DNA from: a virus
Taxonomy: Duplodnaviria > Caudoviricetes
Reading direction: 5' to 3' (one strand)
DNA length: 45,304 nucleotides
IMG/VR virus record: IMGVR_UViG_3300033145_000829
Coordinates: 1 to 45,304 of that record
Shown in pieces: positions 17,752-26,483 of this stretch. Position 1 is the first letter of the stretch, and every line of letters begins with the position of its first letter. The translations under genes and the position numbers were made by a program. The notes beneath the pieces were generated by a model that saw only the letters and a program-made list of their open reading frames with translations, was not told where the DNA came from and did not search any database.

Positions 17752-17805
17752 GTTTGAAATCACAGGCCGCGCTGTTCAGCGGTCATGTGCGGTGGCGGGT
17801 TATGT
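17745..17805 (-). other. attC-like recombination site
   Basis: Minus strand ACATAAC-CCGCCACCGCACATGACCGCTGAACAGCGCGGCCTGTGATTTCAAAC-GTTATGA. It is a close paralogue of 16600-16660, and the upstream stop lies in TAAC. Confidence 0.85.
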
Positions 17806-18165
17806 GTGAAACAGTCTCTCTATTGCTGATCTATTAGCCATTCGTGTAATATCTTTGCAACAAATTCTATCAGCTTCGTACACGTCCATAGCCATATTAT
17901 AATAACCGTTGCCGAGGACATCGTTAACCATTAATCTAAAGTGTTTTCTCAAATTTTCATATTGTAATAATCTGACCCTATTTTCCTCATAAAAGCTTTT
18001 GTAAAAATCATATTCGCAGGCGGTCATCCAGATAGCAAAGTCTCTTAATGCATCTATTTCGTCTGCCGCTGCAATTAATTTTTTCGATATGTCTTTTGCA
18101 ACAGGCTCTTCAACAGCTATAAAAATAGCTTGCCCAGCTTTACGCAATTCCATTGTATTTATCAT
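17800..18165 (-). CDS. Cassette gene, hypothetical protein
   Basis: 121 aa with a GAGGAG RBS; its stop lies in the attC-like inverse core. Confidence 0.7.
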   Translation of the reverse strand: MINTMELRKAGQAIFIAVEEPVAKDISKKLIAAADEIDALRDFAIWMTACEYDFYKSFYEENRVRLLQYENLRKHFRLMVNDVLGNGYYNMAMDVYEADRICCKDITRMANRSAIERLFHT

Positions 18166-18191
18166 TATTACTCCTCTCGTATAAAAAACGG

Positions 18192-18215
18192 TTTACTGGA
18201 TTTTTCATATCTCTA
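18192..18215. repeat. 24-bp direct repeat, right boundary of the cassette block
   Basis: Identical to 15990-16013 and overlaps the primase stop codon. Confidence 0.9.
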
Positions 18216-19152
18216 CATCATTTTGAATAGCTGGGCCTGATTCACGATTTAATTGATCTAAAAAATCCCCATTCTCATCAGGAAAACAAACTTCAACGTC
18301 AATCTTATTTTGCACCGTCAATCTATTCGCTAATATATATGCTGATTTTTGCCCTGTATACGATAAATCTTTATCTCCAAAAATAAATACGCATTTTATT
18401 CCTTTAGGCGGCTCAAAACCTTCTAATATCGTATTAGATACAGCGCTCCACGTCGGTATGCCTTTCAATTCATAACACGCCATAGCAGTTTCTATACCCT
18501 CAGCTATCCCGATTACCCCATCTATCGGCTCATATAGCCTTATTGCGCCGCCAACCATGCTCTGGAGCGCTGGTAAAACCTTTTTAGGATTTTTTATACT
18601 GGCCTTATCGCCATTTTGCGTTAGGAAAGTTCTGTGCATCGTAATAGCTGTCCCGTCAGGCAATGCGAAGGTGGCGAGCATAGCAGGCATTTTATAATGC
18701 GTTTCGGGTTCATAGCATACCGGATGATATCTTAATTTGTCAGATGTTAATTTAAGGCCACGGTTTTTAAGATAACAAAATACCGGGTCTCCAGCGTAAA
18801 CCGGTTTTGATCCGATATAAATTTTTCTAAGTAGCTCTTTTGATATTTTTGGTTCCGGTTGTGTTTTTGTCATATCACATGCCCCGATAACGTCTCTGAT
18901 CGCTTTAACTGCTTCTTTGAAATCTATACTTAGAACCTTCATAACCAACGAGAATCCATCTCCTGCCCCGCAATTGTTACATATCCACGAGCCTGAACCA
19001 TCTTTGTCATCCATCCTGAACCTATCACAACCGCTTTCTCCTGGCTGGCATATCGGGCATGCGGTATGGCATCCAGATTGCCCAACTTCTATCCCTAACG
19101 CAGAAAAAATCCCGGGCCAGCGTCCAGTTGTCTCCTCTTTTATGTCTATCAT
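18205..19152 (-). CDS. DNA primase (Zn ribbon + Toprim)
   Basis: HTACPIC..DRFR..WICNNCGAGDG; IAEGIETA; FGDKD. Confidence 0.9.
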   Translation of the reverse strand: MIDIKEETTGRWPGIFSALGIEVGQSGCHTACPICQPGESGCDRFRMDDKDGSGSWICNNCGAGDGFSLVMKVLSIDFKEAVKAIRDVIGACDMTKTQPEPKISKELLRKIYIGSKPVYAGDPVFCYLKNRGLKLTSDKLRYHPVCYEPETHYKMPAMLATFALPDGTAITMHRTFLTQNGDKASIKNPKKVLPALQSMVGGAIRLYEPIDGVIGIAEGIETAMACYELKGIPTWSAVSNTILEGFEPPKGIKCVFIFGDKDLSYTGQKSAYILANRLTVQNKIDVEVCFPDENGDFLDQLNRESGPAIQNDVEI

Positions 19153-20675
19153 ACGCTCACTCCTTTAGATTTCTGATATGCTTTAGCCTTCTTAATTAAC
19201 ATATGGGTTAATAAATTCTTTACCTCCCCCTCTGGCTTTATTGGCCCAACGTTTTTGACTCTCGGATCGTTATTCCAAACCCCCATATAGTCTTTGTAAG
19301 CATGCGACACCCACCCTGGTTTATACCCCTTACTTTGCGCGTGCCATTCAAGGGCTCCGACAAATCTTCTCTTGTCTGCCCATGACATATCTAGATTCGT
19401 TTTCTTCTTCGCTTTTAACTCAACCAATTCAGCGTCAACGGTTTCAATCAATTTTCCAAAACTTTTCAAAGGCGTACCACATCGTGGGCATGTGAATCTC
19501 CCTGAAAATATCTCCTTACACACACTGCATTGAGATAATTTTTTTTCTTTACCATCCCGTTTTTGTTTTTTAAACGCCTTTTCTTTTCCGTCGAGAGTCC
19601 ATTCTATTTCTTCGTCGAGCGTTCCAAGTTCCTCTACGACATTCGCGTGGTCAATAAAAATTAGGTTCTCTTTTCCTTCTTCAACCCTCAGCCCGCGACC
19701 GCCTGCTTGCCTATATAATCCAAGGCTTTTGGTCGGTCTTGCAAATACTATACAAGAAATAGAAGGTACGTCCAAGCCTTCGACATACAATAAAACATTT
19801 ATCAAAACCTGAATATCACCGCGTTCCATTGCGTGAAATACATCATCCCGCTCTTCGTCTGAACTTTTTGCGTCAAGCCTAGCTGTTTTTACCCCTGCTG
19901 ATTGAAAAGCCTCGCATAATGATATTGAATGCTTCACGTTTATGGTATAGACTAAGGTTTTTCGATTCTCTGCAAGTTTCAGCCAATTTTCTACAATATC
20001 GCCTATGAGCTTTTTCTTGTTTATCTTTTTCTCAAGAGACCCCGCCTGATAATCACCTCCAAGCTCCTTCACGCCGTTAAGATCAATCTTGCCAGGAACG
20101 AAGTATCTGACAGGCGAAAGATACCCGAGTTCTGTCAATTCTCTGACTTCGGGCCCAACAACAAGGCTATCAAATACCATCCCCATGCCGCATCCATTTG
20201 CTTTTATTGGAGTGGCTGTGAATCCTATTATTATTTTATCTTCGTATAGATCTATAACGTCTTGATACGTCTTACTTACGGCGCGGTGGCCTTCATCGAT
20301 CAAAATTAAATCAGCTGCTACAACGAATTTATTATATTCCGGTTTTTCTAACTTAACCCTTCTTGAAAATGTTTGAATTGATGCAAGCTGAACCGAATTA
20401 TCAAGATCAAGCTCATGGCCGCTCATAATTATACCGGGCGTTATTCCATAATGTTTTTCCAGCATGTCGTTTATCTGGGTTACAAGATTCCGCCTATGTA
20501 CAAGAAAAAGAACGCGAGTTCCTTTGTTTACAGCTCTTTTTATTATCTCGCACATTGTGGGGCTTTTCCCGCTTCCGGTCGGCATGGCAACAATCGGACG
20601 CTTATTGCCGTTTATGAGCTCATCTCTTACTTTTTTAATAACATCAAGCTGATATGTCCTTAATTTAATTAACAT
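19149..20675 (-). CDS. Superfamily 2 DNA helicase
   Basis: LRTYQ, PTGSGKS, DEGH, TATP, EGLDVP, QAGGRGLR, and a C-terminal Zn ribbon. Confidence 0.92.
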   Translation of the reverse strand: MLIKLRTYQLDVIKKVRDELINGNKRPIVAMPTGSGKSPTMCEIIKRAVNKGTRVLFLVHRRNLVTQINDMLEKHYGITPGIIMSGHELDLDNSVQLASIQTFSRRVKLEKPEYNKFVVAADLILIDEGHRAVSKTYQDVIDLYEDKIIIGFTATPIKANGCGMGMVFDSLVVGPEVRELTELGYLSPVRYFVPGKIDLNGVKELGGDYQAGSLEKKINKKKLIGDIVENWLKLAENRKTLVYTINVKHSISLCEAFQSAGVKTARLDAKSSDEERDDVFHAMERGDIQVLINVLLYVEGLDVPSISCIVFARPTKSLGLYRQAGGRGLRVEEGKENLIFIDHANVVEELGTLDEEIEWTLDGKEKAFKKQKRDGKEKKLSQCSVCKEIFSGRFTCPRCGTPLKSFGKLIETVDAELVELKAKKKTNLDMSWADKRRFVGALEWHAQSKGYKPGWVSHAYKDYMGVWNNDPRVKNVGPIKPEGEVKNLLTHMLIKKAKAYQKSKGVSV

Positions 20676-20850
20676 AAACCTCCCGATAGAACATACATAG
20701 TAAAATATTTTCTTTACTTACATCCCCGTAAACGCTTGGTACGACGGGTTTTATAATAAAAAGTAGTTAATAAAAGTTGCCAAATATGGTTACTAACATT
20801 TTGCTACATGCTGCTTAAATGTTTGTTAAACCCCTTACCAGAGATAAATA

Positions 20851-21363
20851 TCAGGGTTTGCTAAATTTCCAGCTTTCTAAAAATCCCCTAATATCTAGTA
20901 TGCTGTTATAATCAAATTCTTTTCTTTGGTTAGGGTTTTTTCGCTTAAAAACATTGGCATTGACATTAACCCTACCACTAACGGGTTCGCTTGGGTTTTC
21001 TGGGTTCGCTTGGGTTTTCTGGGTTCGCTTGGGTTTTCTGGGTTCGCTTGGGTTTTCTGGGTTACGAAAAAACCCACTGGGTTTTCTGGGTTATTTTTGG
21101 GTTTAATCATTATTTGTTTTTGGCCTCCCGCCTTTCTTGCCGTTTTCTTTGTTTCTTGCTGCTATCTGTTTCCATTTTTCAGCGTCCCTATCAAGCGTAA
21201 CTCTAAAAAACTTAAATGCCATATTAACGACTGGGTCTAAATTGCTTATTTTGCCACATCTACTATATATAAATATAGCGTTTAAAAGGTTCCCTTTTTG
21301 CTCAACGGTCAAGTCTTCTATCGCATCAAACTGGTCATGGTAAAGGATAAAGCTCTTTTTCAC
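20851..21363 (-). pseudogene. Fragmented DUF6291-type replication initiator gene
   Basis: The N-terminus KKSFILY..NGKKGGRPK stops at 21103. The middle part (KPKNNPENPVGF) and the tail (PVSGRVNVNANV) are not connected to it in frame. Confidence 0.55.
20983..21063. repeat. Four tandem 19-bp repeats (putative origin iterons)
   Basis: GGGTTCGCTTGGGTTTTCT x4 plus a partial copy, with an adjacent palindrome AAAACCCA-C-TGGGTTTT and an AT-rich region. Confidence 0.85.
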
Positions 21364-21553
21364 CTTTTATACCCCCTGCCTTCAGCTCTTTAATTAACGA
21401 CCGTGTTGTGCTATAGCAAAGCCCTGTCCCGATTGAGCATTCCATTGCGTTAGCATCAGGGTTTCTTGATATCCAAGCAATGATTTTTTTTAAATTTTCA
21501 GCCCTAATAGCCTTCATGTGTTGGCCTCGTCCGTCTTTTACTTTATGATACAT
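21335..21553 (-). CDS. Small winged-helix/HTH-like protein
   Basis: ATG 21553 with an AGAGG RBS; NPDANAMECSIGTGLCYSTTRSLIKEL. Confidence 0.6.
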   Translation of the reverse strand: MYHKVKDGRGQHMKAIRAENLKKIIAWISRNPDANAMECSIGTGLCYSTTRSLIKELKAGGIKGEKELYPLP

Positions 21554-21590
21554 TTTAACCTCTTTCTCTATATTGTTAACTTTCTCTATA

Positions 21591-21619
21591 GCTATACCAA
21601 ACAAAAAAATATATGTCAA
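21591..21619 (-). promoter_or_regulatory. Sigma70 promoter for replication genes
   Basis: Minus strand TTGACA-17 bp-TATAGC. Confidence 0.7.
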
Positions 21620-21622
21620 ACT

Positions 21623-21656
21623 AAAAAAAGGCGCAATGTTTAATTGCGCCTTTTTA
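21623..21656. terminator. Bidirectional-type intrinsic terminator
   Basis: A-run, GGCGCAAT-loop-ATTGCGCC, T-run. Confidence 0.75.
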
Positions 21657-21685
21657 ATATTTATTTTTCAGATCAGATTATTTTT

Positions 21686-22321
21686 TTATGCCCATCCTCC
21701 ATAAGCAGCCTGAACCTCACTCATAAAATCCGCGCCAAGCCTAGACATAGATTTTTCACCATCGCCAGCAGCCCGGCTCCGGAGCAGACACGTTTCACAT
21801 CTCTTATCTGTTCGTGTCTCACATGGGCAGAAATCGCAGTGCCGCTTATATCCGCCAGCTTTATACCCTGCTACGTTAAAGCCCGCAGGGATAACCAGCT
21901 TCTTTGATTTAATTGAAGCAGGTGGTTGCGCTGGATGATTAATCCCTGCCCTGTGCATAGCGCTAGCAACTGTCTGCGTTTTACATTCACATAGCTTCCC
22001 GATTTCAGCGCTAGTCATTCCTTGTTTGCCTAGTGCCGATAACATTTCTTTATGAGTTAAATAATTACTCCCCATTTTTTTATTTACTAGACGTGTTCTA
22101 CGAGGCCAATTACTCATCCTACTTGCACGCTTACGCCCACGCCCACAGCCACAATCTCGCGCCTCCCCCCTTCTAAGCTGGTTTCCGCTTACAATGCGTG
22201 TCCCGCCGCATTCACATGCGCAAAACCACTTAGCTTCACCGCTTGTGCTGCTTTCAGCGCGACGAATAACCGTCAATTTAGTGAAAGTTTTTCCGGTCAT
22301 GTCTTTCAGTCTTGCAGCCAT
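21686..22321 (-). CDS. Protein with homing-endonuclease-associated N-terminal Cys domain
   Basis: DMTGKTFTKLTVI..WFCACECG..LRRG..CGC, then an HTH-like segment and Cys pairs. No HNH motif is recognised. Confidence 0.6.
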   Translation of the reverse strand: MAARLKDMTGKTFTKLTVIRRAESSTSGEAKWFCACECGGTRIVSGNQLRRGEARDCGCGRGRKRASRMSNWPRRTRLVNKKMGSNYLTHKEMLSALGKQGMTSAEIGKLCECKTQTVASAMHRAGINHPAQPPASIKSKKLVIPAGFNVAGYKAGGYKRHCDFCPCETRTDKRCETCLLRSRAAGDGEKSMSRLGADFMSEVQAAYGGWA

Positions 22322-22475
22322 TTTCTTCCCCTTTCACTGGTAAAGTTCTACTGAACGCAAACTCCATTTCTTTCCTTAAAATATCTACATCTATAAAAGA
22401 TAAGTGGATTTTATTTAACGATGAAACTTTGCAATACGCAGACCACCAGTCGTTAAATGATTTGAATTTTTCCAT
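22278..22475 (-). CDS. Hypothetical protein
   Basis: 65 aa with an AGGAG RBS. Confidence 0.55.
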   Translation of the reverse strand: MEKFKSFNDWWSAYCKVSSLNKIHLSFIDVDILRKEMEFAFSRTLPVKGEENGCKTERHDRKNFH

Positions 22476-22488
22476 TTTTTTCTCCTGC

Positions 22489-22683
22489 TCATTTTAATAA
22501 ATCCTTTCCATCAACCCCAAGCACTTCAGATATTTTGCTGAGCGTTTTAAAAGTTGTAGTTTTCCTCATAAAAATAAAGTCGAGCGCCTGGCGCGTAATA
22601 TTCACCGCGCCCGCAAACTCAGCATTATTTTTATACCCTGCCATTTTTATTTCTCGTCGTAGTTTAGTAATATTTATTTCCAT
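22489..22683 (-). CDS. Cro-like HTH regulator
   Basis: AEFAGAVNITRQAL..TLSKISEVLGVDGKDLL; first gene of the leftward arm. Confidence 0.75.
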   Translation of the reverse strand: MEINITKLRREIKMAGYKNNAEFAGAVNITRQALDFIFMRKTTTFKTLSKISEVLGVDGKDLLK

Positions 22684-22787
22684 GCTCTAACTATAAATTA
22701 ACCAAATTATTTTTGCAATCATTAATTTACGAAGTCTATCCTTATATATATATAAATTCAACATGCAAATTTATTTTGAAATAGCGC

Positions 22788-22816
22788 TTGACATCTTTTC
22801 TGGTATCCAGTAACAT
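22788..22816 (+). promoter_or_regulatory. Sigma70 promoter of the rightward recombination arm
   Basis: TTGACA-17 bp-TAACAT. Confidence 0.7.
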
Positions 22817-23086
22817 CAAGCATAAGTCGGGCATACCCCGCCGGAGACGGAAACGTTGAAACCGGGGTCACTCGACGCCAAGCTCAACCGTTTGCAGCGC
22901 CCCTGATCGGGTAGCGGCGGGAGGGCAGAGGAAAGAAAATAAAAGATTGATTTTTTTAAACCCATATAAAAAAAGGAGAAGCCTATGGATAGCAACTAAA
23001 ATATAGTGCGAAGCCGCACAGGAACATATGGCAACAAAGACAAAGAATAGTGTAGTACACTTAAAAAAAAAGCAACGGAGGCGCCA

Positions 23087-23293
23087 ATGGATCGACAATT
23101 ATTAGCTAATAAAACTCTTAAACGCCGATCTGTTGGCGTGTCCTGCGCTACATTTGCGACTGGCATTGCGTGGGTGGTCGGGTTACTCCTAGCCGGATCG
23201 GATGGCGAGTGGATGCCTTGGGGAAATATTGCAGGGGTTATAATTTTTATGATCAGTTCATGGAGGATGACGCATCATGAAATTTGGAAATGA
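23087..23293 (+). CDS. Small membrane protein
   Basis: GGAGG RBS and two hydrophobic segments. Confidence 0.6.
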   Translation: MDRQLLANKTLKRRSVGVSCATFATGIAWVVGLLLAGSDGEWMPWGNIAGVIIFMISSWRMTHHEIWK

Positions 23294-23564
23294 AGTAACG
23301 GTGAGCGCTGTATTTAAGCGACGCACAAAAGGCCAAAACATGCCCGATACTGTTTATAAATATTGGGAAAAAGTGAGAATTAAGACAAGAAGTGGCTTAT
23401 TTCTCGGCATCCGTACAATCTCTAACGGGGCTAGGGATTACGACCCAGACTACGGATGTGTGTACAGAGCTAAAGAATATATTAAGGCAGCGCTAGTTGT
23501 GTTTTCGGAACGTGAAAAACCTGTATATGCTCCTATGGAAAACGTTGAGGAGATAAAGGCATGA
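23277..23564 (+). CDS. Hypothetical protein
   Basis: 95 aa with a GGAGG RBS, translationally coupled. Confidence 0.7.
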   Translation: MKFGNEVTVSAVFKRRTKGQNMPDTVYKYWEKVRIKTRSGLFLGIRTISNGARDYDPDYGCVYRAKEYIKAALVVFSEREKPVYAPMENVEEIKA

Positions 23565-23812
23565 AAAAACTATCGGAAGATGCAAAAATTTTAATCACCG
23601 AGGCTATTCTATGTGAAGTATATAGACGCATGGCAGATACTCCGATCCGAGTGTTTTATGGCGATATCGAAATTGATGCGTATCGCGAGGATAGCAAAGA
23701 AGGGGTTTTTTTGACTATCGATGAAAAAGATTTTTCTGAAAAAATGCGGGCCGAGGATGCTGTTAATCAGGCGTTTGCTGATGAAAAAGATTATTATGAG
23801 GGGAGAAGATGA
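23561..23812 (+). CDS. Hypothetical protein
   Basis: 83 aa with ATGA overlaps on both sides. Confidence 0.7.
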   Translation: MKKLSEDAKILITEAILCEVYRRMADTPIRVFYGDIEIDAYREDSKEGVFLTIDEKDFSEKMRAEDAVNQAFADEKDYYEGRR

Positions 23813-25716
23813 ATATAAAAATTAAAGAAATTACGCTTAAAAATTTCAAAGGTGTTAAGCGTTTAAACATAGATTTTAACGGTGGAAATCTATCTATTTT
23901 CGGCGATAACGGAACCGGAAAAACAACTGTTCAGGACGGCTTCACATGGTGTTTGTTCGGAAAAGACAGCGCAAATTCAGCAACATTCGATATTAAACCG
24001 ATTCAAGAAAACGGCGAGGCAACCCATAATCTTGATTGCTCTGTTGAGCTAATCCTCTCCGCTGGCGATATCGATCTAATTTTAAAGCGAGTCTATGCTG
24101 AAAAATACACTCGGCGTCGAGGCCAGGCATCGGCTGAATTTACCGGGCACACGACCTCATATTTTGTCAACGATGTGCCAGTCAACGAAAAAGAATATAA
24201 GGCTAAAATTTCTGGCATCATTCAAGAAGATACGTTCCGCCTCCTCACGAATCCGAAATATTTTAATGGGCTTCATTGGCAGGAAAAAAGAAAGCTTCTT
24301 CTGGAAATCTGCGGTGATATTCCAGACGAAGATGTGATCAAATCCGATCATCGGCTTACCACGCTTCCCGAAGTGCTGGCTGGCCGGACCCTTGATGACT
24401 ACCGAAAAATTGTCACCGCTCAAAAAACAAAAATAAATGGCGAGTTAAAAAACATTCCGGTCCGGATAGATGAAGCCAAGAAAAGCCGGGTTGAAATCAC
24501 TGCCACGGAAACCGCTACCGCTTCAGAGGCTGCAAATTTGCAGGAAAAAAAACGAAAAAAAGAACAGGAACTCTCCGATATCGTTAACGGCGGTGATATC
24601 AGTAAGAAACGGGTTGAGCTTCAGGAGGTCGTTGCAAAAATTCAGAAAGCTGATAATGATTTTGAAAAAGATCGAACGGTACGAATAAAGGATAAAAGCA
24701 TTGAACTCGATAAATTAAATCAGACAAAAGAGACGCTCGAAAAGACATTGCGAGAATACGCGAATGATATTTCATCTTACACGCTGACTATTTTAGGCTC
24801 TAGACTCAATATAAAACAGCTAAAAGATGAATGGTTTGCCACAAGAGACAATATTTTTAAATCTGATGGTGTCTGCCCTACCTGTGGTCAGGAACTCCCT
24901 GAAGACCAAATAGAGGCAGCTAAAGCCGCATTTAATAAAAATAAATCAGACAATCTTGAGGCAATCAACACCGAAGGCAAGCAGGCCAAAGCCGATATCG
25001 AATTGATCCAAAAAAATATTACAGAAATCGAAAAAAAACAGAAGGCAGAAAATGGAAAACTGGAGGCCGTCAAAAAAGATATAGCCGATGTTCAAAAAGA
25101 TATCGCCGATATCCAGGCGGAAGGATTGATTCAAGCCGAATTGGGTATGAAAAAGACCGAGCTAGAAAAAGCCATTGTCGATACTGAAACAAAGACCGAC
25201 ACTGAGCCGCTCAAAGCCACTATTCGTGATCTTGAAACTCAAATACAAGCCCAGCAACTTATTTTAAGTCAGATCGAAGCAAATAAAAAAACCGAATTTC
25301 GCATTACCGAGCTGACTGGGCAAGAAAAAAAGCGGGCCTCAGAATTTGAGCAAATCGAAGGGAACCTTTTCCTAATAGAATGCTTTATAAAAGCCAAGGT
25401 TAGACTCCTTGAAGAAAAAATAAACGGTAAATTCCGGCAGGCAAGCTTCAAACTGTTTTCTGACCAGATTAATGGGGGCCTAAATGAGTGCTGCATTACG
25501 ACACTAAACGGCGTCCCGTATGATTCTGTCAATTCAGCTGGAAAAATTCAGGCGGGCCTTGATCAGATAAAAACATTTCAAGATCATTATGGATATAGAG
25601 CACCGATTTTTATTGATAACGCTGAGTCTGTGGTGAAGCTGCCGGAAATGGATTGCCAAATTATCCGTCTGGTTGTTTCTGAAAAAGATAAAACTTTGAG
25701 ATTTGAGGAGAAATAA
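23809..25716 (+). CDS. SMC/Rad50-like AAA ATPase
   Basis: LKNFKG, GDNGTGKTT, coiled coil with a CPTCGQ zinc hook, PIFIDNAES. Confidence 0.9.
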   Translation: MNIKIKEITLKNFKGVKRLNIDFNGGNLSIFGDNGTGKTTVQDGFTWCLFGKDSANSATFDIKPIQENGEATHNLDCSVELILSAGDIDLILKRVYAEKYTRRRGQASAEFTGHTTSYFVNDVPVNEKEYKAKISGIIQEDTFRLLTNPKYFNGLHWQEKRKLLLEICGDIPDEDVIKSDHRLTTLPEVLAGRTLDDYRKIVTAQKTKINGELKNIPVRIDEAKKSRVEITATETATASEAANLQEKKRKKEQELSDIVNGGDISKKRVELQEVVAKIQKADNDFEKDRTVRIKDKSIELDKLNQTKETLEKTLREYANDISSYTLTILGSRLNIKQLKDEWFATRDNIFKSDGVCPTCGQELPEDQIEAAKAAFNKNKSDNLEAINTEGKQAKADIELIQKNITEIEKKQKAENGKLEAVKKDIADVQKDIADIQAEGLIQAELGMKKTELEKAIVDTETKTDTEPLKATIRDLETQIQAQQLILSQIEANKKTEFRITELTGQEKKRASEFEQIEGNLFLIECFIKAKVRLLEEKINGKFRQASFKLFSDQINGGLNECCITTLNGVPYDSVNSAGKIQAGLDQIKTFQDHYGYRAPIFIDNAESVVKLPEMDCQIIRLVVSEKDKTLRFEEK

Positions 25717-25717
25717 C

Positions 25718-26482
25718 ATGGAAAACAAACAGCTTACGCCGGTTGACCGCCTGAAAAATATTATATCCGCTGAATCGGTTCAAGATCAGTTTAAAAATGC
25801 TCTTGCAGGCAATAAAGACCTTTTTACCGCGTCATTGGTAGATATTTATGCATCAGATACTTACTTACAAAAATGCGATCCCAAAAGCGTAGTGATGGAG
25901 GCCTTGAAAGCCGCGACTTTGAAACTTCCGATTAATAAGAATCTGGGTTTTGCTTACATTGTGCCATATAAAGGCAAGGCGCAAATGCAAATTGGGTACA
26001 AAGGATATTTGCAGCTGGCGCAGAGAACAGGGCAGTACCGGTTTATCAACGCGGACATCGTTTTTGAAGGGGAAACTGTTGTAGTTGATAAGCTCCGAGG
26101 GAATGTTTCAATTGAAGGCGTAGCAACGAGCGACACATCAATTGGGTATTTCGCTTACATTGAAACTCTGAATGGTTTCCAGAAAGCTGTCTACTGGACG
26201 AAAGAAAGAATATTGGCTCACGCAAAACGGTACAGCGAAAGCTATCGACGGAAAAAGGGGGCCTGGGTAACAAATTTGGATGAGATGGGAATTAAGACGG
26301 TATTAATCAACCTACTGTCGCATTACGGCATCATGTCTGTTGAGATGATATCTGCCATGACAGCGGATAGCGCCGAAACTCCGGAGCAGGAGGCCGCCGA
26401 ACATGCAAACCAAAATATCATCGACATACAGCCAGAACCTACAGAAGAAGAATCGAAAACAGCGCAAGGGCCGGACTTTTAA
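25718..26482 (+). CDS. recT: RecT family recombinase
   Basis: LGFAYIVPYKGKAQMQIGYKGYLQLAQRTGQY; ATG 25718 with a GAGGAG RBS. Confidence 0.9.
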   Translation: MENKQLTPVDRLKNIISAESVQDQFKNALAGNKDLFTASLVDIYASDTYLQKCDPKSVVMEALKAATLKLPINKNLGFAYIVPYKGKAQMQIGYKGYLQLAQRTGQYRFINADIVFEGETVVVDKLRGNVSIEGVATSDTSIGYFAYIETLNGFQKAVYWTKERILAHAKRYSESYRRKKGAWVTNLDEMGIKTVLINLLSHYGIMSVEMISAMTADSAETPEQEAAEHANQNIIDIQPEPTEEESKTAQGPDF

Positions 26483-26483
26483 T

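Noticed and set aside
16304-17805. attC-like repeats read as CRISPR repeats or plain terminators
   Set aside because: They are separated by gene-sized units, lack U-tracts and have paired AAC/GTT core boxes.
20983-21063. Possible CRISPR array
   Set aside because: The 19-bp units are directly tandem with no spacers.
22880-22895. AGCTCAACCGTTT resembling the 3' end of an attC site
   Set aside because: No matching AAC box or complementary arm at the expected distance.
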